Assembly (NCBI GenBank): GCA_964187785.1
Contig: OZ076409.1
Location: forward strand, 37,884,001-37,948,000
Reading direction: 5' to 3'
DNA: 64,000 nt
Source of the DNA: Amphiscolops sp. MND2022
Lineage: Eukaryota
How positions within the stretch are numbered: the stretch's first letter is position 1; each line of letters opens with the position of its first letter. Both the position numbers and the translations under genes were made by a program. Of the stretch, positions 38,501 to 53,424 are shown piece by piece. Under the pieces are notes generated by a model. That model worked only from the letters and a program-made list of their open reading frames with translations. It was not told where the DNA came from and did not search any database.

Positions 38501-40421
38501 TTTTCGACCTCATGGACAGAGACCGTACAGACCGTTGTTCGCGAGCAAACGACCTTTTTGTAAGTCCGAGTCGCCTGAAAAAATGCTATGTAACCCATGT
38601 AAGCACTTTTATCACTACCTGTAGCAACTGGTGAAAACTTTTTATCACCATTCGGTAGGCCAGTGGGCCACGTTTACTTTCCAAAAGATGACCCATGATG
38701 CTATCTGTACTCTGCCAGGAGATATACATACCCGAAATGTAGTTACGATGTGACAACATAACTCTCAAAACCTCTCGGACTCACCTAAAAATACCAAATT
38801 TTTTCAGAAGCACTCTACAAGTATACTGATGGGTTTTTGGACGTCACCATAGGACACTGTCACTTTTTGACCTTATGGTTGAAGGCCGTGGGGACCGTTG
38901 GTGGAGCACAAATGAGCTTTTTGTAAGTCCGAGTCGTGCAAATAAATGCTAAATACAACATCTTGGTATATTTTTCACGCCATGCTGCTCTTATTGAAAA
39001 CTTTTTACAACCACTCGATAGACCAGTGGCCCACGTTCATTTTCAAAAAGGTGACCCATGATGGTATCTGTACTCTGGCAGGAGATATGCATACCCGAAA
39101 TGTTGTTACGATGTGACACCATAACTCTCTGACCCACGTGAAAATTCGAAATTTGTTCAGAAGCTACCTACACGTGTTCTGCTGGGTTTTTGGACGCCAC
39201 CATGTTACACTGACGAAATTTGACCTTGGTCTGAGACCGTGCAGACCGTTCCTGTGGAGCAAATCACCATTTTGTGACTCCGAGTCGACATAAAAAATTG
39301 AAAATACCACTTCTTGGAATTTTTTTCTTTCACAATGGCAACTAGGCAATGTTTTTTGCACTCAATCGTTAGACCACTGGCCAATGTTCATTTTCATAAA
39401 GATGACCTACGCTGCTATGTGTACTCGGTTATGAGTAATATGATTATGAAATGTTCATACGACGTATACCATCAACTCGGACCGCGACTCAAAAAATTAA
39501 TTTTTTTTCAGAGGCCCCCCAGAGTTTATTCAATGTCATTTTTCATGTCACCTTAGCTCACTGACAATTTTTGGTTATATTGTTGGAGACCGTGCGGACC
39601 GTTGTTGACGAGGAATTCACATGTTTCGAAACATGAGCTGATTTTCAAAAAATCATTCCTCACTATAAGGCATTTTTTGGCACAATCATTGCTCCAGACA
39701 TACTTTGCGGTAGTACCGTGGAGAGACCCCAGCCCCCTGATCTTTTTCATATAAATGACTTACGCTGCTACTGGTGCTGCGTGTTGAGCAATTGAATGAA
39801 AAGTACTGTATAAAAAATTTCATCATTGCTCATCATGCCATACACCCCAAAAAATCGACTTTTTTATTACGACCCCTACAGGTGTAAAAATTATGTTTTT
39901 GAAACCCTCATTGAATGCTGACAATTTGTGGTCTTATAGTCCGAGACCGTTCGGACCGTTTAACATGCTTAAAATGACCTATAAGTACAGGTGATATTGG
40001 TGATACTTCACATTTCGGCATTTTTTGGCACTTTAAGTGCCTCCAGCGGCACTTTTTTGGCACCATCATTTGCATCGTCGCATTTCACAACTTTTTGTTA
40101 GTATGCATCATTGGGCTAGCGTGCACCGTGTAAAAGTTAATAAAGAAAAACGTTATATCCGAACAAAAATTCGTTATATCCGAACTTTTGTCAAAAACAC
40201 CATGAAGGACAAGTTTGCGGGAAAAACGTCAGCAGAAAAAAGTTCTTAGAATTGGGAGAAATGGCCATATGCAAATTTTCAAGGACTTCTCACGGCTCAT
40301 TTAAGAAATAACCTTCCCACACGTAGGTGTCGGGTAGTATATAGAGATCCTTATATAACGCGCTCGGTCCCGGGTCCCTCCCCGGCCTCGCACATTATTG
40401 CAGTGGGACAACACGTGACCA
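35530..40421. mobile_element. Array unit U4, long class (4892 bp)
   Basis: Left 3 kb near-identical to U2 and U6; right end diverged. Confidence 0.75.
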
Positions 40422-43400
40422 CCCAGTGGAGGTAATTAGAGCACGACTAGAGGGAGGGGGTAGGAGGCCTGAACAAATGGAAGAAGGACGTTTGTTACTA
40501 GAGATTGAAATATTTTGTTGTACTTCCTGCTACCTGTTTTGGTTAAGTTTGCCATGGAAAAAAAAGATAAACTTCATCACCACTATGATACAGAATTGAC
40601 AACGGTGATGCTGTTTAATCAAAAATAGGGTATGCCGAAATTTCCCTTTCAACCAGGCACCGTTTATCCTGAGAGATGCAGCGAACCTCGAGGCACCACT
40701 GATAATGACATAAGTGACAATGAAATTTTTCGAAAAATGACTTTGTCACAATTACTGAAGGATTTGCGGAAATCCCTAGTAATAATAGGATCGAATGCGG
40801 CGGTGAATGAGTTTAGTTTTGTTTTAAAAAAATCTATTCAAATCCAGATGATATGCGAGAAGACGTGAGATGTTGACTCACTTTTTGTGTTTACCTTGCA
40901 ATCGAAAATAAAATGAAAAAATTTTTGCATTGTAATAATTTTTAAAAAATTTTCGTGTTATACGGAACTAATTTTTTGTTGGAACAATTTTTAAACGCAC
41001 AAAACGTTTACCACGTTAATTCAATGACTTTAAAGACTTTAAACAATTTTTTATTGACACTCCATTCGAGTTTATTAGCGCTATCATCCCACGAAAGGAA
41101 GCTTTCAACACAAGATGTAACAAATTGTCATATGAAGGAGATACGGGGTTTGCTGAGGATGATAAAGAAGCCAAAAGTTAAATTGAGTAGACATTCTGTA
41201 TACAATTAACAATTTTAGACTAAATTGTTTTAGGTCTTTTTCGAAAGACACAAAGAAAAAATGTTGTATCTGAACTGTATGTTGATAAACACATACGAAA
41301 AGATCATCTCAGGTAAATACATGTTATCAACTACAGAGACCATGGATGGTTGGACAATATTGTCTACAGCTAAACTGGAAGACGAGGCAGTCTTGTTTTT
41401 TGTTTTTTGTAGTGATAGCCTTGCCAAGTTGACACAAGGCCAACTTGAAAGGCTATCACATAATTCAGGTATCACCTGTTTCCTAAAAAAAACTTGGTTC
41501 AATATGAATCGTATAATACGCAAACGTCATCAATGTGGGTGGGTTGTCACCTCTATAGAGTCTGCAAAGTGCAAGTAGTGAGATACGTTTCCGGAATTTA
41601 TTGTAGCTACTTTAAAAATGATTCAATCTTTGCTAATTTATCTTTTGAAGAACATTGCTTGTAAAACATATGACTCTTTTCAGCAGTAACAAAGGAGTTT
41701 GGAACAACGGGAAGATCGAAGACTTTGAAACCTATCAAAAATTGCCTAACCCTCCCGAATTGAACTGCTGATTGATGTTTACAGTATCAACTTTTTGATA
41801 AAAAGTGCAAAAAATTCTAGTGAAAAAATTTTAGTACTATGGTAAGTTTTGTGTTACACAATGCTTTATGCACCACAGTTTTCATAAAGAGCCCTCTATA
41901 GACCTTATATTCGCAACACTGATACTGTGTTAATAGTCAATGACGGGAAATAGGTTATTTTTCACATATTCTGTTTTTATTGTTAAAATGTGTCTTCGAA
42001 ATTTTCACTGGGAAGTTGAATTTTCCTTTGCAAAACGTGTCATCGTAGCTCACAAGTCACTGAAGCATTTGACAGCAGTCATATACCTATTTTTGAGTTA
42101 TTTGGAGCCCACAGGTTACGTCAGACACAGTTACGTTGTTGAAAACATGAAAATTCAATTTTCGACCTGACAAAAATTGGGTTTTTGGGAACAACATTTT
42201 TCACCTTGAGAACGAATGGGATAAAAAATCTGTCAGGACCAAGCGTGGTAGTAAAATTTATAGTTTTAATAACTGTAAACAAGTCGTCTGCTGCCAGTGA
42301 GCTCGCTGTTGAGCGTTAATACCATAACTAACAAACACCAAATAAAAATAGTCCAGTGGAATGTGGCAAAAAACTGGAACTTTTGGAAAATATCTCCTCT
42401 AGTGACTACTATTGACATGTCGAAATTCCTGGCATTGTTGTTACAAGTCTGGTATCCATCTTGGTTGATCCTCGGGTATAGTGTTAGACGAAAATTAGTC
42501 TAAGTGGGACCGCCAATACCGAAAACTGGTGACACATCTGGAAAAATGCTGAAGTTGGAGTCATGCATCTGTAAAGTATGATATCTTTAGGTATCCCAGA
42601 CTCTGAAAAATGACCTTGAAACTTCTGTAAACATCGTTTTCCTAATTTACAGTGCTAGTGGGTTGCTGTAGAATTCAATAGTTGTTAGTAAAGCTCCATT
42701 TTGTCAATTTGACTCCACCAAAAATGTGATGTTGTATCAATCTTTAACGAATTTCATTGTTGAAAAGTAAATTTTGTTGCCCATGACTACTCGAATTATA
42801 GTGTATGTGCCTTGTCAAGTCCCACTTGTCTTTTCCACATGCCAATGGACTAAGAGAAGTGGATAGTTGATGTTTGTGGGCAACAATTGGTAGTCCTATA
42901 CGTCAAAAAATAATTTGGAAATGAATTTTATCCTAAATTTTTGTTCCTCAACGGGGCTTTTGCCACTCAAAATTGCAATATAACCATTCTGGAAGGTCAA
43001 ATTGTGTTCCACGTCAGCTGTACACTTAGTTGTGAACAAAACCGAGTCTTGATTGACTGAAAAAGCACATTAGCTAATTTTCACTCAACCCAAATATCGA
43101 TATGTAAAGTATCATTTCCTCTTGTGTAACGTCTAATGGCAGCTGATTTTTTTTTAAATGACTGCAAAACCACAGTGGGCACTTTCGTCATGCTATTCAC
43201 GTGCCATGTTATGCAAAACAACATTTTATGTGACTATTGTGATTTAAAAATTAATTTTGGGCACCGAAAAACCTGTTTTTTTTGTGGAAAATTGTTTTTC
43301 AAAACCCAAAATCTCACTTTGTGAGCACGAAAATTCCAAATTTTTATAGAAGCATGCTAGAGCTAAACTGATGGGTTTTTGGGCGTCAACATAGCTCACG

Positions 43401-45331
43401 AAAAAGTTTTGACCTTATGGTCGGAGACCGTGCAGACCGTTGTTGGCGAGCAAATGACCTTTTTGTAAGTCCGAGTCGCCTGAAAAAATGCTAAGTAACC
43501 CATGTAAGCACTTTTATCACTCCCTACAGCAACTGCTGAAAATTTTTTATCACCATTCGGTAGGCCAGTGGCCCACGTTCACTGTCCTAAAGATGACCCA
43601 TATTGCTATCTGTACTCTGTCAGGGGATATACATACCCGAAATGTAGTTACGATGTAACATCATAACTCTCTATATCTCTCGGACTCGCCTAAAAATACC
43701 AAATTTTTTCAGAAGCACATTACAAGTGTACTGATGAGTTTTTGGGCGTCACCATAGCACACTGACACTTTTTGACCATATTGTCGAAGACCGTGCGGAC
43801 CGTTCTTGGAGCAGAAATGGGCTTTTTGTAGGTCCGAGTCGTACAAAAAAACGCTAAATACCCCAACTTGGCATATTATTCACGCCATGCAGCACCTATT
43901 GAAAACTTTTTATATCCATTCGATAGACCAGTGGTCCACGTTCATTTTCAAAAAGATGACCTACAATGCTATCTGTACTGTGGCAGAAGATATGCATACC
44001 CGAAATGTTGTTACGATGAGACACCATAACTCTCGGACCCACGTAAAAAATCGATATTCGTTCAGAAGCTTCCTACAAGTGATCTGATAGGTTTTTGGTT
44101 GCCACCATGTTACACTGACAATTTTTGACCTTATGGTCCGAGACCGTGCAGACCGTTCCTGTGGAGAAATTCACCATTTTGTGACTCCGAGTCGACATAA
44201 AACATTGAAAATACCACTTCTCGGAATTTTTTTCTTTAACAGTGGCAACTAGGCTATGTTTTTTGTACTCAATCGTTAGACCGCTGCCCAATGTTCATTT
44301 TCATAAAAATAACCCACCGTGCTATCTTCACTCCGTCATGAGAAACATCATCATGAAAAGTTCATTCAACGTATGAGATCAACTCGGACCGTCACTCAAA
44401 AAAATTAAATTTTTTCAGAGGTCCCCCAGAAGTTCACCAATGTCATTTTTGGTGTCGCCATAGCTCACTGACATTTTTTGACCCTATTGTCGGAGACCGT
44501 GCGGACCGTTGTTGGCGAGGAATTCACATGTTTGCAAAAATGAGCTGATTTGCAAAAACTCATTCCTCACTATAAGGCATTTTTTGGCACAATCATTGCC
44601 CCAGGCCTACTCTGCAATAGTACCGTGGGTACACCCCAGCCCCCTAATCATTTTCATATTTATGACCTCCGCTGCTACTGGTGCTGCGTGGGGAGTAATT
44701 GAACGAAATGTACATAATAAAAAGTTTCATCCCAGCTCATCATGGCATACACCCCAAAAAATCGACTTTTTTATTATGTTTCCCCCAGGTGTAAAAATTA
44801 TATTTTTGGGTCCCTCATTGAATGCTGACAATTTTTGACCTTATGGTCCGAGACCGTTCGGACCGTTTAACATGCTCAAATCGACTTATAAGTAAAGGTG
44901 ATACTGGTGATACTTCACATTTTGGCATTTTTTGGCATTTTGAGTGCCCCGAGCGGCACTTTTTTGGCACTATCAATTGACGCGCCACATTTCACAACTT
45001 TTTGTTAGTATGCACCATTGGGCTAGCGTGCACCGTGTAAAAGTTATTAAAGAAAAACGTTATATCCGAACAAAAATTCGTTATATCCGAACTTTTGTCA
45101 AAAAAACCATGAAGATGAATTTTCCGGGAAAAGTGTCAGAAGGAAAAAGTTCTTAGAATTGCTCGGGGAAGATGTGTGCAAATTTTCAGCGAAATCTCAC
45201 GGCTCATTTAAAAGATAGCTTTCCCAGTGGCAAATCCCGGGTTGTTGAAAAAGATACCTTATATATTAAGCTCGGTTACCGGGTCCCTCCCCGGACCTCG
45301 CATAATATTGTGGGCTAAGCAGCCGTGACCA
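40422..45331. mobile_element. Array unit U5, long class (4910 bp)
   Basis: Diverged relative of U2, colinear throughout. Confidence 0.75.
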
Positions 45332-48300
45332 CCCAGTGGAGGTAATTAGAGCACGACTAGAGGGGCGGGGGAAGCCTAAGCAAATGGAAGAAGGACGTTT
45401 GATACTAAAGATTGAAATACTTTGTTGTACTTCCTGCTACCTGTTTTAGTATGCCATGGGAACAAAGATAAACTTCATCATCACTATGATACAGAATTGA
45501 CAATAGTGAAGGCCGTTAAAACAAAAATAGGGTATCCCGAGAAGTCCCTTACAACCAGGCACCGTTCATCCTGAGAGATGCTGCGAACCTCGATCCACCG
45601 CTGACAATGACATAAGTGACAATGAAAATTTTCTACAAATGAATTTGTCGCAATTACTGAAGGATTTGCTGAAATCCTTAGTAATATTAGAATAGAATGT
45701 GGTGGTGGTGGTGAATGAGGTTACTATTGTTTTAAAAGACTCTACTCAAATCCGGATCATATGCGAGAAGACGTGAGATGTTGACTCACCATTTGAGTTT
45801 ACATTGCAATCGGGAAAAAATGAAAAAATTTTTACATTGTAACAATTTTTGAAAACGGTTTGTGTTATGCGGAGCTACTTTTTTGATGGAACTATTATTA
45901 AACGTGAAAACTTTTTACCACGACACTTCGCGGACTTTAAACGAATTTTAATGAACACTCCATTCGAGTTTTATAGCGCTTTCAACCCACGAAAGAAAGC
46001 TTTCAATACAAGATGTAACAAATTGACAAATCGAGGAGATACGGGCTTTCCTGAAGCTGATAAAGAAGCCAAATGTTAAATTGAGTGGACATTCTACAGA
46101 CAATTCACAAATTTTGACCAAATTGTTTCAGGTATTTTTCGAAAGACACAAAGAAAAAATGTTGTCTCTGAATTCTAAGGTGATGAACATATACGAAAAG
46201 AACATGTCAGCTAATTACATGTTATCAACTCCAGAAATCATGGATGGTTGGACAATATTGTCTACAGCTAAATTAGAAGACAAGGGTGTCTTGTTTTTTG
46301 TTTTTTGTAGTGATAGCCTTGCCAAGTTGACACAAGGCCAACTTGGAAGGCTATCACAAGATTCAGGTAAAAGCTGTTTCCTGAATTGGTTTAATGTGAA
46401 TCGTATAATAAGCAAACGCGATAAATGTGAGTAGGTTGTCAAATCTATAGACTCCGTAAAGTGCAAAGAGTGAGAGACGTATTGGGAATTTGGTTAGCTA
46501 CTATAAAATTGATTCAGTCTTTGCTAATTTATCTTTTAATGAACATTGCTTGTTAAACATATAACTCTTTTCAGCCGTAACAAAGAAGTTTGGAACAACG
46601 GGAAGATAAGAGACTTTGAAAAATGTCCACAGTTGTATAACCCTAGTGAATGAACTGCTGATTGATGTTTACAGTATCAACGTTTTGATAAAAAGTGCAA
46701 AAAATCTAGTGAAAAATTTTCAGTGCTCTAGTAAGTTTGGTGTTACACAATGCTTTATGCACCGCAGTTTTCACATAGACCACTCTGTAGACCTCATCTT
46801 CACAACACTGATACTATGTTATTAGTAAGTGACGGAAAATAGGTTAGTTTTTATGTATTCTGTTTTTATTGTTAAAATGTGTCTTCGAAATTTTCACCGG
46901 AAAGTTGAATTTTTCTTTGCAAAACGTGTTATCGTAGCTCACAAGCCACTGAAGCATTTGACACCAGTCATATACCTATTTTTGATTATTTTGGAGGCCA
47001 CAGGTTACGGCAGACACAATAATGTTGTTCAAAACACGAAAATTCAATTTTCGACCTGACAAAAATTGGGTTTTCGCGGAAAAAAATTTCATTTTGAGAA
47101 CGAATGGGATAAAAAATGTGTCAAGACCAAGCGTGGAAGTGTTTTTTATACTTTTTATAAGTGTAAACAAGTCGTCTGCTGCCGGTGAGCTTGTTGTTGA
47201 GCGTTAATACCATAACCAACAAACACCGATTAAAAAAGGTCCCATGGAATGTTGCAAATAACCGGAAGTTCCGGGCATAATCTCCTCTAGTGACTACTAT
47301 TGACATGTCGAAATTCCTTGCATTGTTGTTACAAGTCTGGTATGCACCTTAGTTGATCCTCGGGTATATTGTTAGACAAAAAACAGTCTTAGTGTGACCG
47401 CCGATACCAAGAAACTGGTGATACATCCGGAAAAATGCTGAAGTTGAAGTCATGCGTCTGTACAGTATGATATTTTTAGGTATCCCAGACTCTGATAAAT
47501 GACCTTGAAACTTCTATAAACATCGTTTCCCTGAATTACAGTGCCTGTTGGTTGCTCTAGAATTCAATAGTTGCTGATAAAGCTCCATTTTGTCAATTCG
47601 ACTCCACCAAAAATATGATGTTGTATCAATTTTTGACGAATTTCATTGTTGAAAAGGAAATATTGTTGCCCATGACTACTCGACTTATAGTGTATGTGCC
47701 TTGTCAAAGCCCAGTTGTGTTTTTAACATGCCAATGGACTAACAGAAGTGGATAGTTGATGTTTGTGGGCAAAAATTGGTAGTCCTATACGTCAAAAAAT
47801 AGTTTGGAAACAAATTTTATCTTGAATTTTTGTTCCTCAACGGGGCTTTTGCCACTCAAAATTGCAATATAACCATTCTGGAAGGTCAAATTGTGTTCCA
47901 CGTCAGCTGTACACTTGGTTGTGACCAAAACAGTGTCTTGATTGAGTAAAAAAGCACATTAGCTGATTTTCATTCAACCCATATATCGATATGTGAGGTA
48001 TCATTTTCTGATGTGTAACGTCTAATGGCAGCTGATTTTTTAAAAATGAATCCAAAATCACTGTGGGCACTTTCCTCATGCTACTCACGTGCCATGTTAT
48101 GCAAAACAACATTTTATGTGACTATTGTGATTTAAAAATTGATTTTGGGCACTGAAAAACATGTTTTTTGGGTGAAAAATTGTTTTTCAAAACCCAAAAT
48201 CTCACGTTGTGAGCACGAAAATTCCGAATTTTTACAGAAGCATGCTAAAGCTAAACTGATGGGTTTTTAGCCGTCACCATAGCTCACAAAAATTTTTTGA

Positions 48301-50216
48301 CCTTATGGACGGAGACCGTACAGACCGTTGTTCGCGAGCAAATGACCGTTTTGTAAGTCCGAGTCGCTTAAAAAAATGCTATGTAACCCATGTAAGCACT
48401 TTTATCACTCCCTGTAGCAACTGGTGAAAACTTTTTATCACCATTCGGTAGGCCAGTGGCCCACGTTTACTTTCCAAAAGATGACCTATGTTGCTATCTG
48501 TACTCTGTCAGGAGATATACATACCCGAAATGTAGTTACGATGTGACCACATAACTCTCAAAACCTCTCGGACTAACCTAAAAATTCGAAATTTTTTCAG
48601 AAGCACTCTACAAGTGTACTGATGGGTTTTTGGGCGTCACCATAGCACACTGACACTTTTTGATCTAATGGTCTAAGACGGTGCGGACCGTTGTTGGAGC
48701 AGAAATGGGCCTTTTGTGGGTCCGAGTCGTGCAAAAAAATGCTAAATACAACATCTTGGCATTTTATTCACGCCATGCACCACTTATTGAAAACTTTTCT
48801 AGACCATTCGATAGACCAGTGGCCCACGTTCATTTTCGAAAAGATGACCCATTTTGCTATCTGTACTCTGGCAGGAGATATGCATACCCGAAATGTTGTT
48901 ACGATGTGACACCATAACTCTCGGACCCACGTAAAAATTCGAAATTTGTTCAGAAGCTTCCTACAAGTGTTCTGATAGGTTTTTGGGTGCCACCATGTTA
49001 CACTGACATTTTTTGACCTTATGGTCCGAGACCGTGCAGACCGTTCCTGTGGAGCAAATCACCATTTTGTAACTCCGAGTCAACTTAAAAAATTCAAAAT
49101 ACCACTTCTGAGAATTTTTTTCTTTCGCAACGGCAACTAGGCTATGTTTTTTGCACTCAATCGTTAGACCGCTGCCCAATGTTCATTTTGCTAAAGATGA
49201 CCCACGGTGCTATCTGTACTCGGTCATGAGTAACATCATCATGAAAAGTTCATTCAACGTATGAGATCAACTCGGACCGTCACTCAAAAAAATTAATTTT
49301 TTTCAGAGGTCCCCCAGAGGTTCACCAATGTCATTTTCGGTGTCGCCATAGCTCACTGACATTTTTTGACCCTGATGTCGGAGACCGTGCGGACCGTTGT
49401 TGGCGAGGAATTCACATGTTTGCAAAAATGAGCTGATTTGCAAAAACTCATCTCTCACTATAAGGCATTTTTTGGCACCACCATTGCCCCAGGCCTACTT
49501 TGCGATAGTACCGTGGGTACACCCCAGCCCCCTGATATTTTTCATATATATGACCTTTGCTGCTACTGGTGCTGCGTGGTGAGTAATTGAACGATTTGTA
49601 CATAATAAAAAATTTCATCCCAGCTCATCATGCCATACACCCCAAAAAATCGACTTTTTTATTATGTTCCCCCCAGGTGTAAAAATTATATTTTTGAATC
49701 CCTCATATAAAGCTGACAATTTTTGACTTTATGGTCCGAAACCGTTCGGACCGTTTAATGTGCTCAAATCGACTTATAAGTAAGAGTGATACTGGTGATA
49801 CTTCACATTTTGGCATTTTTTGGCACTTTGAGTGCCCCGATTGGCACTTTTTTGGCACCATCATTTGACGCGCCACAATTCACAACTTTTTGATAGTATG
49901 CATCATTGGGCTAGCGTGCACCGTGTAAAAGTTATTAAAGAAAAACGTTATATCCGAACAAAAATTCGTTATATCCGAACTTTTGTCAAAAAAACCATGA
50001 AGATGAATTTTGCGGGAAAAACGTCAGCAGGAAAAAGTTCTTAGAATTGCTCGAAGATTACATGTGCAAATTTTCATCCAATTCTAACGGCTCAGTTTCA
50101 AAATCGGCCTCCCGCGTGTACGATTTCTGGTAGATGACGACGATACCTTATAAAATGAGCTCGGTCCCGGGTCCCTCCCCGGCCTCGCACATTTTTGTGG
50201 GCTGAGGCCGTGACCA
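45332..50216. mobile_element. Array unit U6, long class (4885 bp)
   Basis: Highly similar to U2, including the right end. Confidence 0.75.
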
Positions 50217-53200
50217 CCTAGCGATGGAGCGATTTAGAGCACTGCTAGGTAGAGGCCTAAACAAAACGGTTGAAAGTTTGTTACTGAAGTATGACACAAA
50301 CAAATATCCCACGCTAAATCTTTTGTGTATGTTGTTCACAATTCAACATTAAAAATATCATCACACTGCCGAAAAAGGCCAATGGTGACCTCCGTCACGT
50401 CACCAAAGAGGTATGTTGGGTTTTGCGTTCGAAACAAGCACCGTTGTTCCCGCGAGATGCTGCGCAACTCACGGAACACCGGTGACAATGAATTTTGCTA
50501 GCCGATTTGCAACAACTTAATTAGCACTTTGAGGCACTTTTTGGCATACCTTTTGCCCAAGGGATATTTTGCTTGTTACAGATAGTAAACCCCAGCCCCT
50601 AAGCAATTTCAAGTTCGCTACAGCTGCTTCGTGTGCTGCATCAAATGCAACTCAACGTGATGCAATGATTTATCACCCGATCAGTCATAATGCCAAAACT
50701 CCAAAAAATCAACTTTTTTCTGATGTCTCCTACAGGTGAACGAATTACATTTTTGAAACCCCCATTGGATGCTGACAATTTTTGACCTTATTGTCCGAGA
50801 CCGTGCGGACCGTTCCGGCTGCTCAAATCATCAATTTGATCAAAGTGATTCAGTCAAAAAAAATATTTTGGCACTTTTCGGCACTTTGGTTTCCCCCGGG
50901 GGAAATTTTTTCGGACCGTTCGAAAGACCGTTGACCGTTGATGAATTTCACAAAAGTGCACTTTGCCGCTACGGGCTTTCCTTCATGGTGAAAATGGCCT
51001 TTGATTCGGTCATTGATTAATCAAAGATGAAAAAAGATGAAAAAAAACCAAAAAAACGCAAAAAAACCCTACAAAATGAATTTTCCTGGAAAAACGTCAG
51101 CAGAAAAAAATTCCTAAATTTTTGAGATAAAGCCACATGCAAAGTTTCAGACAAATCCTACGGGTGAATTTCGAGATCGGTTAAAATACTTCGCAATCCT
51201 GAAGGTAGGAATTGATAGAATGTGCTCGGCTCTCGGGACCCTCCCCGGCCTCGCAATATTTTCTGATGGGCATCCCCCTTGACCACCTAGCGATGGAGCG
51301 ATTTAGAGCACTGCTAGGTAGAGGCCTAAACAAAACGGTTGAAAGTTTGTTACTGAAGTATGACACAAACAAATATCCCACGCTAAATCTTTTGTGTATG
51401 TTGTTCACAATTCAACATTAAAAATATCATCACACTGCCGAAAAAGGCCAATGGTGACCTCCGTCACGTCACCAAAGAGGTATGTTGGGTTTTGCGTTCG
51501 AAACAAGCACCGTTGTTCCCGCGAGATGCTGCGCAACTCACGGAACACCGGTGACAATGAATTTTGCTAGCCGATTTGCAACAACTTAATTAGCACTTTG
51601 AGGCACTTTTTGGCATACCTTTTGCCCAAGGGATATTTTGCTTGTTACAGATAGTAAACCCCAGCCCCTAAGCAATTTCAAGTTCGCTACAGCTGCTTCG
51701 TGTGCTGCATCAAATGCAACTCAACGTGATGCAATGATTTATCACCCGATCAGTCATAATGCCAAAACTCCAAAAAATCAACTTTTTTCTGATGTCTCCT
51801 ACAGGTGAACGAATTACATTTTTGGAACCTCCATTGGATGCTGACAATTTTTGACCTTATTGTCCGAGACCGTGCGGACCGTTCCGGCTGCTCAAATCAT
51901 CAATTTGATCAAAGTGATTCAGTCAAAAAAATAATTTTGGCACTTTTCGGCACTTTGGTTTCCCCCGGGGGGAAATTTTTTCGGACCGTTCGAAAGACCG
52001 TTGACCGTTGATGATTTTCATAAAAGTGCACTTTGCCGCTACGGGCTTTCCTTCATGGTGAAAATGGCCTTTGATTTGGTCATTGATTAATCAAAGATGA
52101 AAAAAGATGAAAAAAACCAAAAAAACGCAAAAAAACCCTACAAAATGAATTTTCCTGGAAAAACGTCAGCAGAAAAAAGTTCTTAAATTTTTGAGATAAA
52201 GCCACATGCAAAGTTTCAGACAAATCCTACGGGTGAATTTCGAGATCGGTTAAAATACTTCGCAATCCTGAAGGTAGGAATTGATAGAATGTGCTCGGCT
52301 CTCGGGACCCTCCCCGGCCTCGCAATATTTTCTGATGGGCATCCCCCTTGACCACCTAGCGATGGAGCGATTTAGAGCACTGCTAGTAAAAGGCCTAAAC
52401 TTAACAGCGCAACCTTTGCTAATGGAGTATGAAAAAGAAATATTGAGGCTAGCAATTTTTTGTAAGTTATTCTGGGATTGAACGATAAATATCATCACCC
52501 TGACGAGTGAATGTCTATGGTGACTGCCGTCAACTTAACTCAAGGGATTTTGTGGTTTTTTGCTTTCTAAGCAAGCACCGTTGTTCCTGCGAGATGCTGC
52601 GCAACTCTCGGAACACCGGTGACAATAAATTTTGCTGAACGATTTGCAATAACCTAATCATCACTTTGAGGCATTTTTTGGCACAACTTATGCCCTAGGG
52701 CTGTTTTGCTCGATACAGAGGGTAAACCCCAGCCCCATAATCAGTTTCAAGTTTGCTGCAGCTGCTTCCTGTGCTGCATCATATCCAACTGAAAGTGATA
52801 CAATTATTTCTCATCCAATCACTCATAATGACATATACCCCAAAAAATCAACTTTTTTCTGATGTCTCCTACAGGTGAACGAATTACATTTTTGGAACCC
52901 CCATTGGATGCTGACAATTTTTGACCTTATTGTCCGAGACCGTGCGGACCGTTCCGGCTGCTCAAATCATCAATTTGATCAAAGTGATTCAGTCAAAAAA
53001 ACAATTTTGGCACTTTTCGGCACTTTGGTTTCCCCCGGGGGGAAATTTTTTCGGACCGTTCGAAAGACCGTTGACCGTTGATGATTTTCATAAAAGTGCA
53101 CTTTGCCGCTACGGGCTTTCCTTCATGGTGAAAATGGCCTTTGATTCGGTCATTGATTAATCAAAGATGAAAAAAGATGAAAAAAACCAAAAAAACCCAA

Positions 53201-53424
53201 AAAAACCCTACAAAATGAATTTTCCTGGAAAAACGTCAGCAGAAAAAAATTCTTAATTTTTTGAGATAAAGCCACATGCAAAGTTTCAGACAAATCCTAC
53301 GGGTGAATTTCGAGATCGGTTAAAATACTTCGCAATCCTGAAGGTAGGAATTGATAGAATGTGCTCGGCTCTCGGGACCCTCCCCGGCCTCGCAATATTT
53401 TCTGATGGGCATCCCCCTTGACCA
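50217..53424. mobile_element. Array units U7 (50217-51285), U8 (51286-52354) and U9 (52355-53424), short class (1069, 1069, 1070 bp)
   Basis: U7 and U8 are near-identical; U9 is of the U1 type. All share the right part. Confidence 0.78.
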
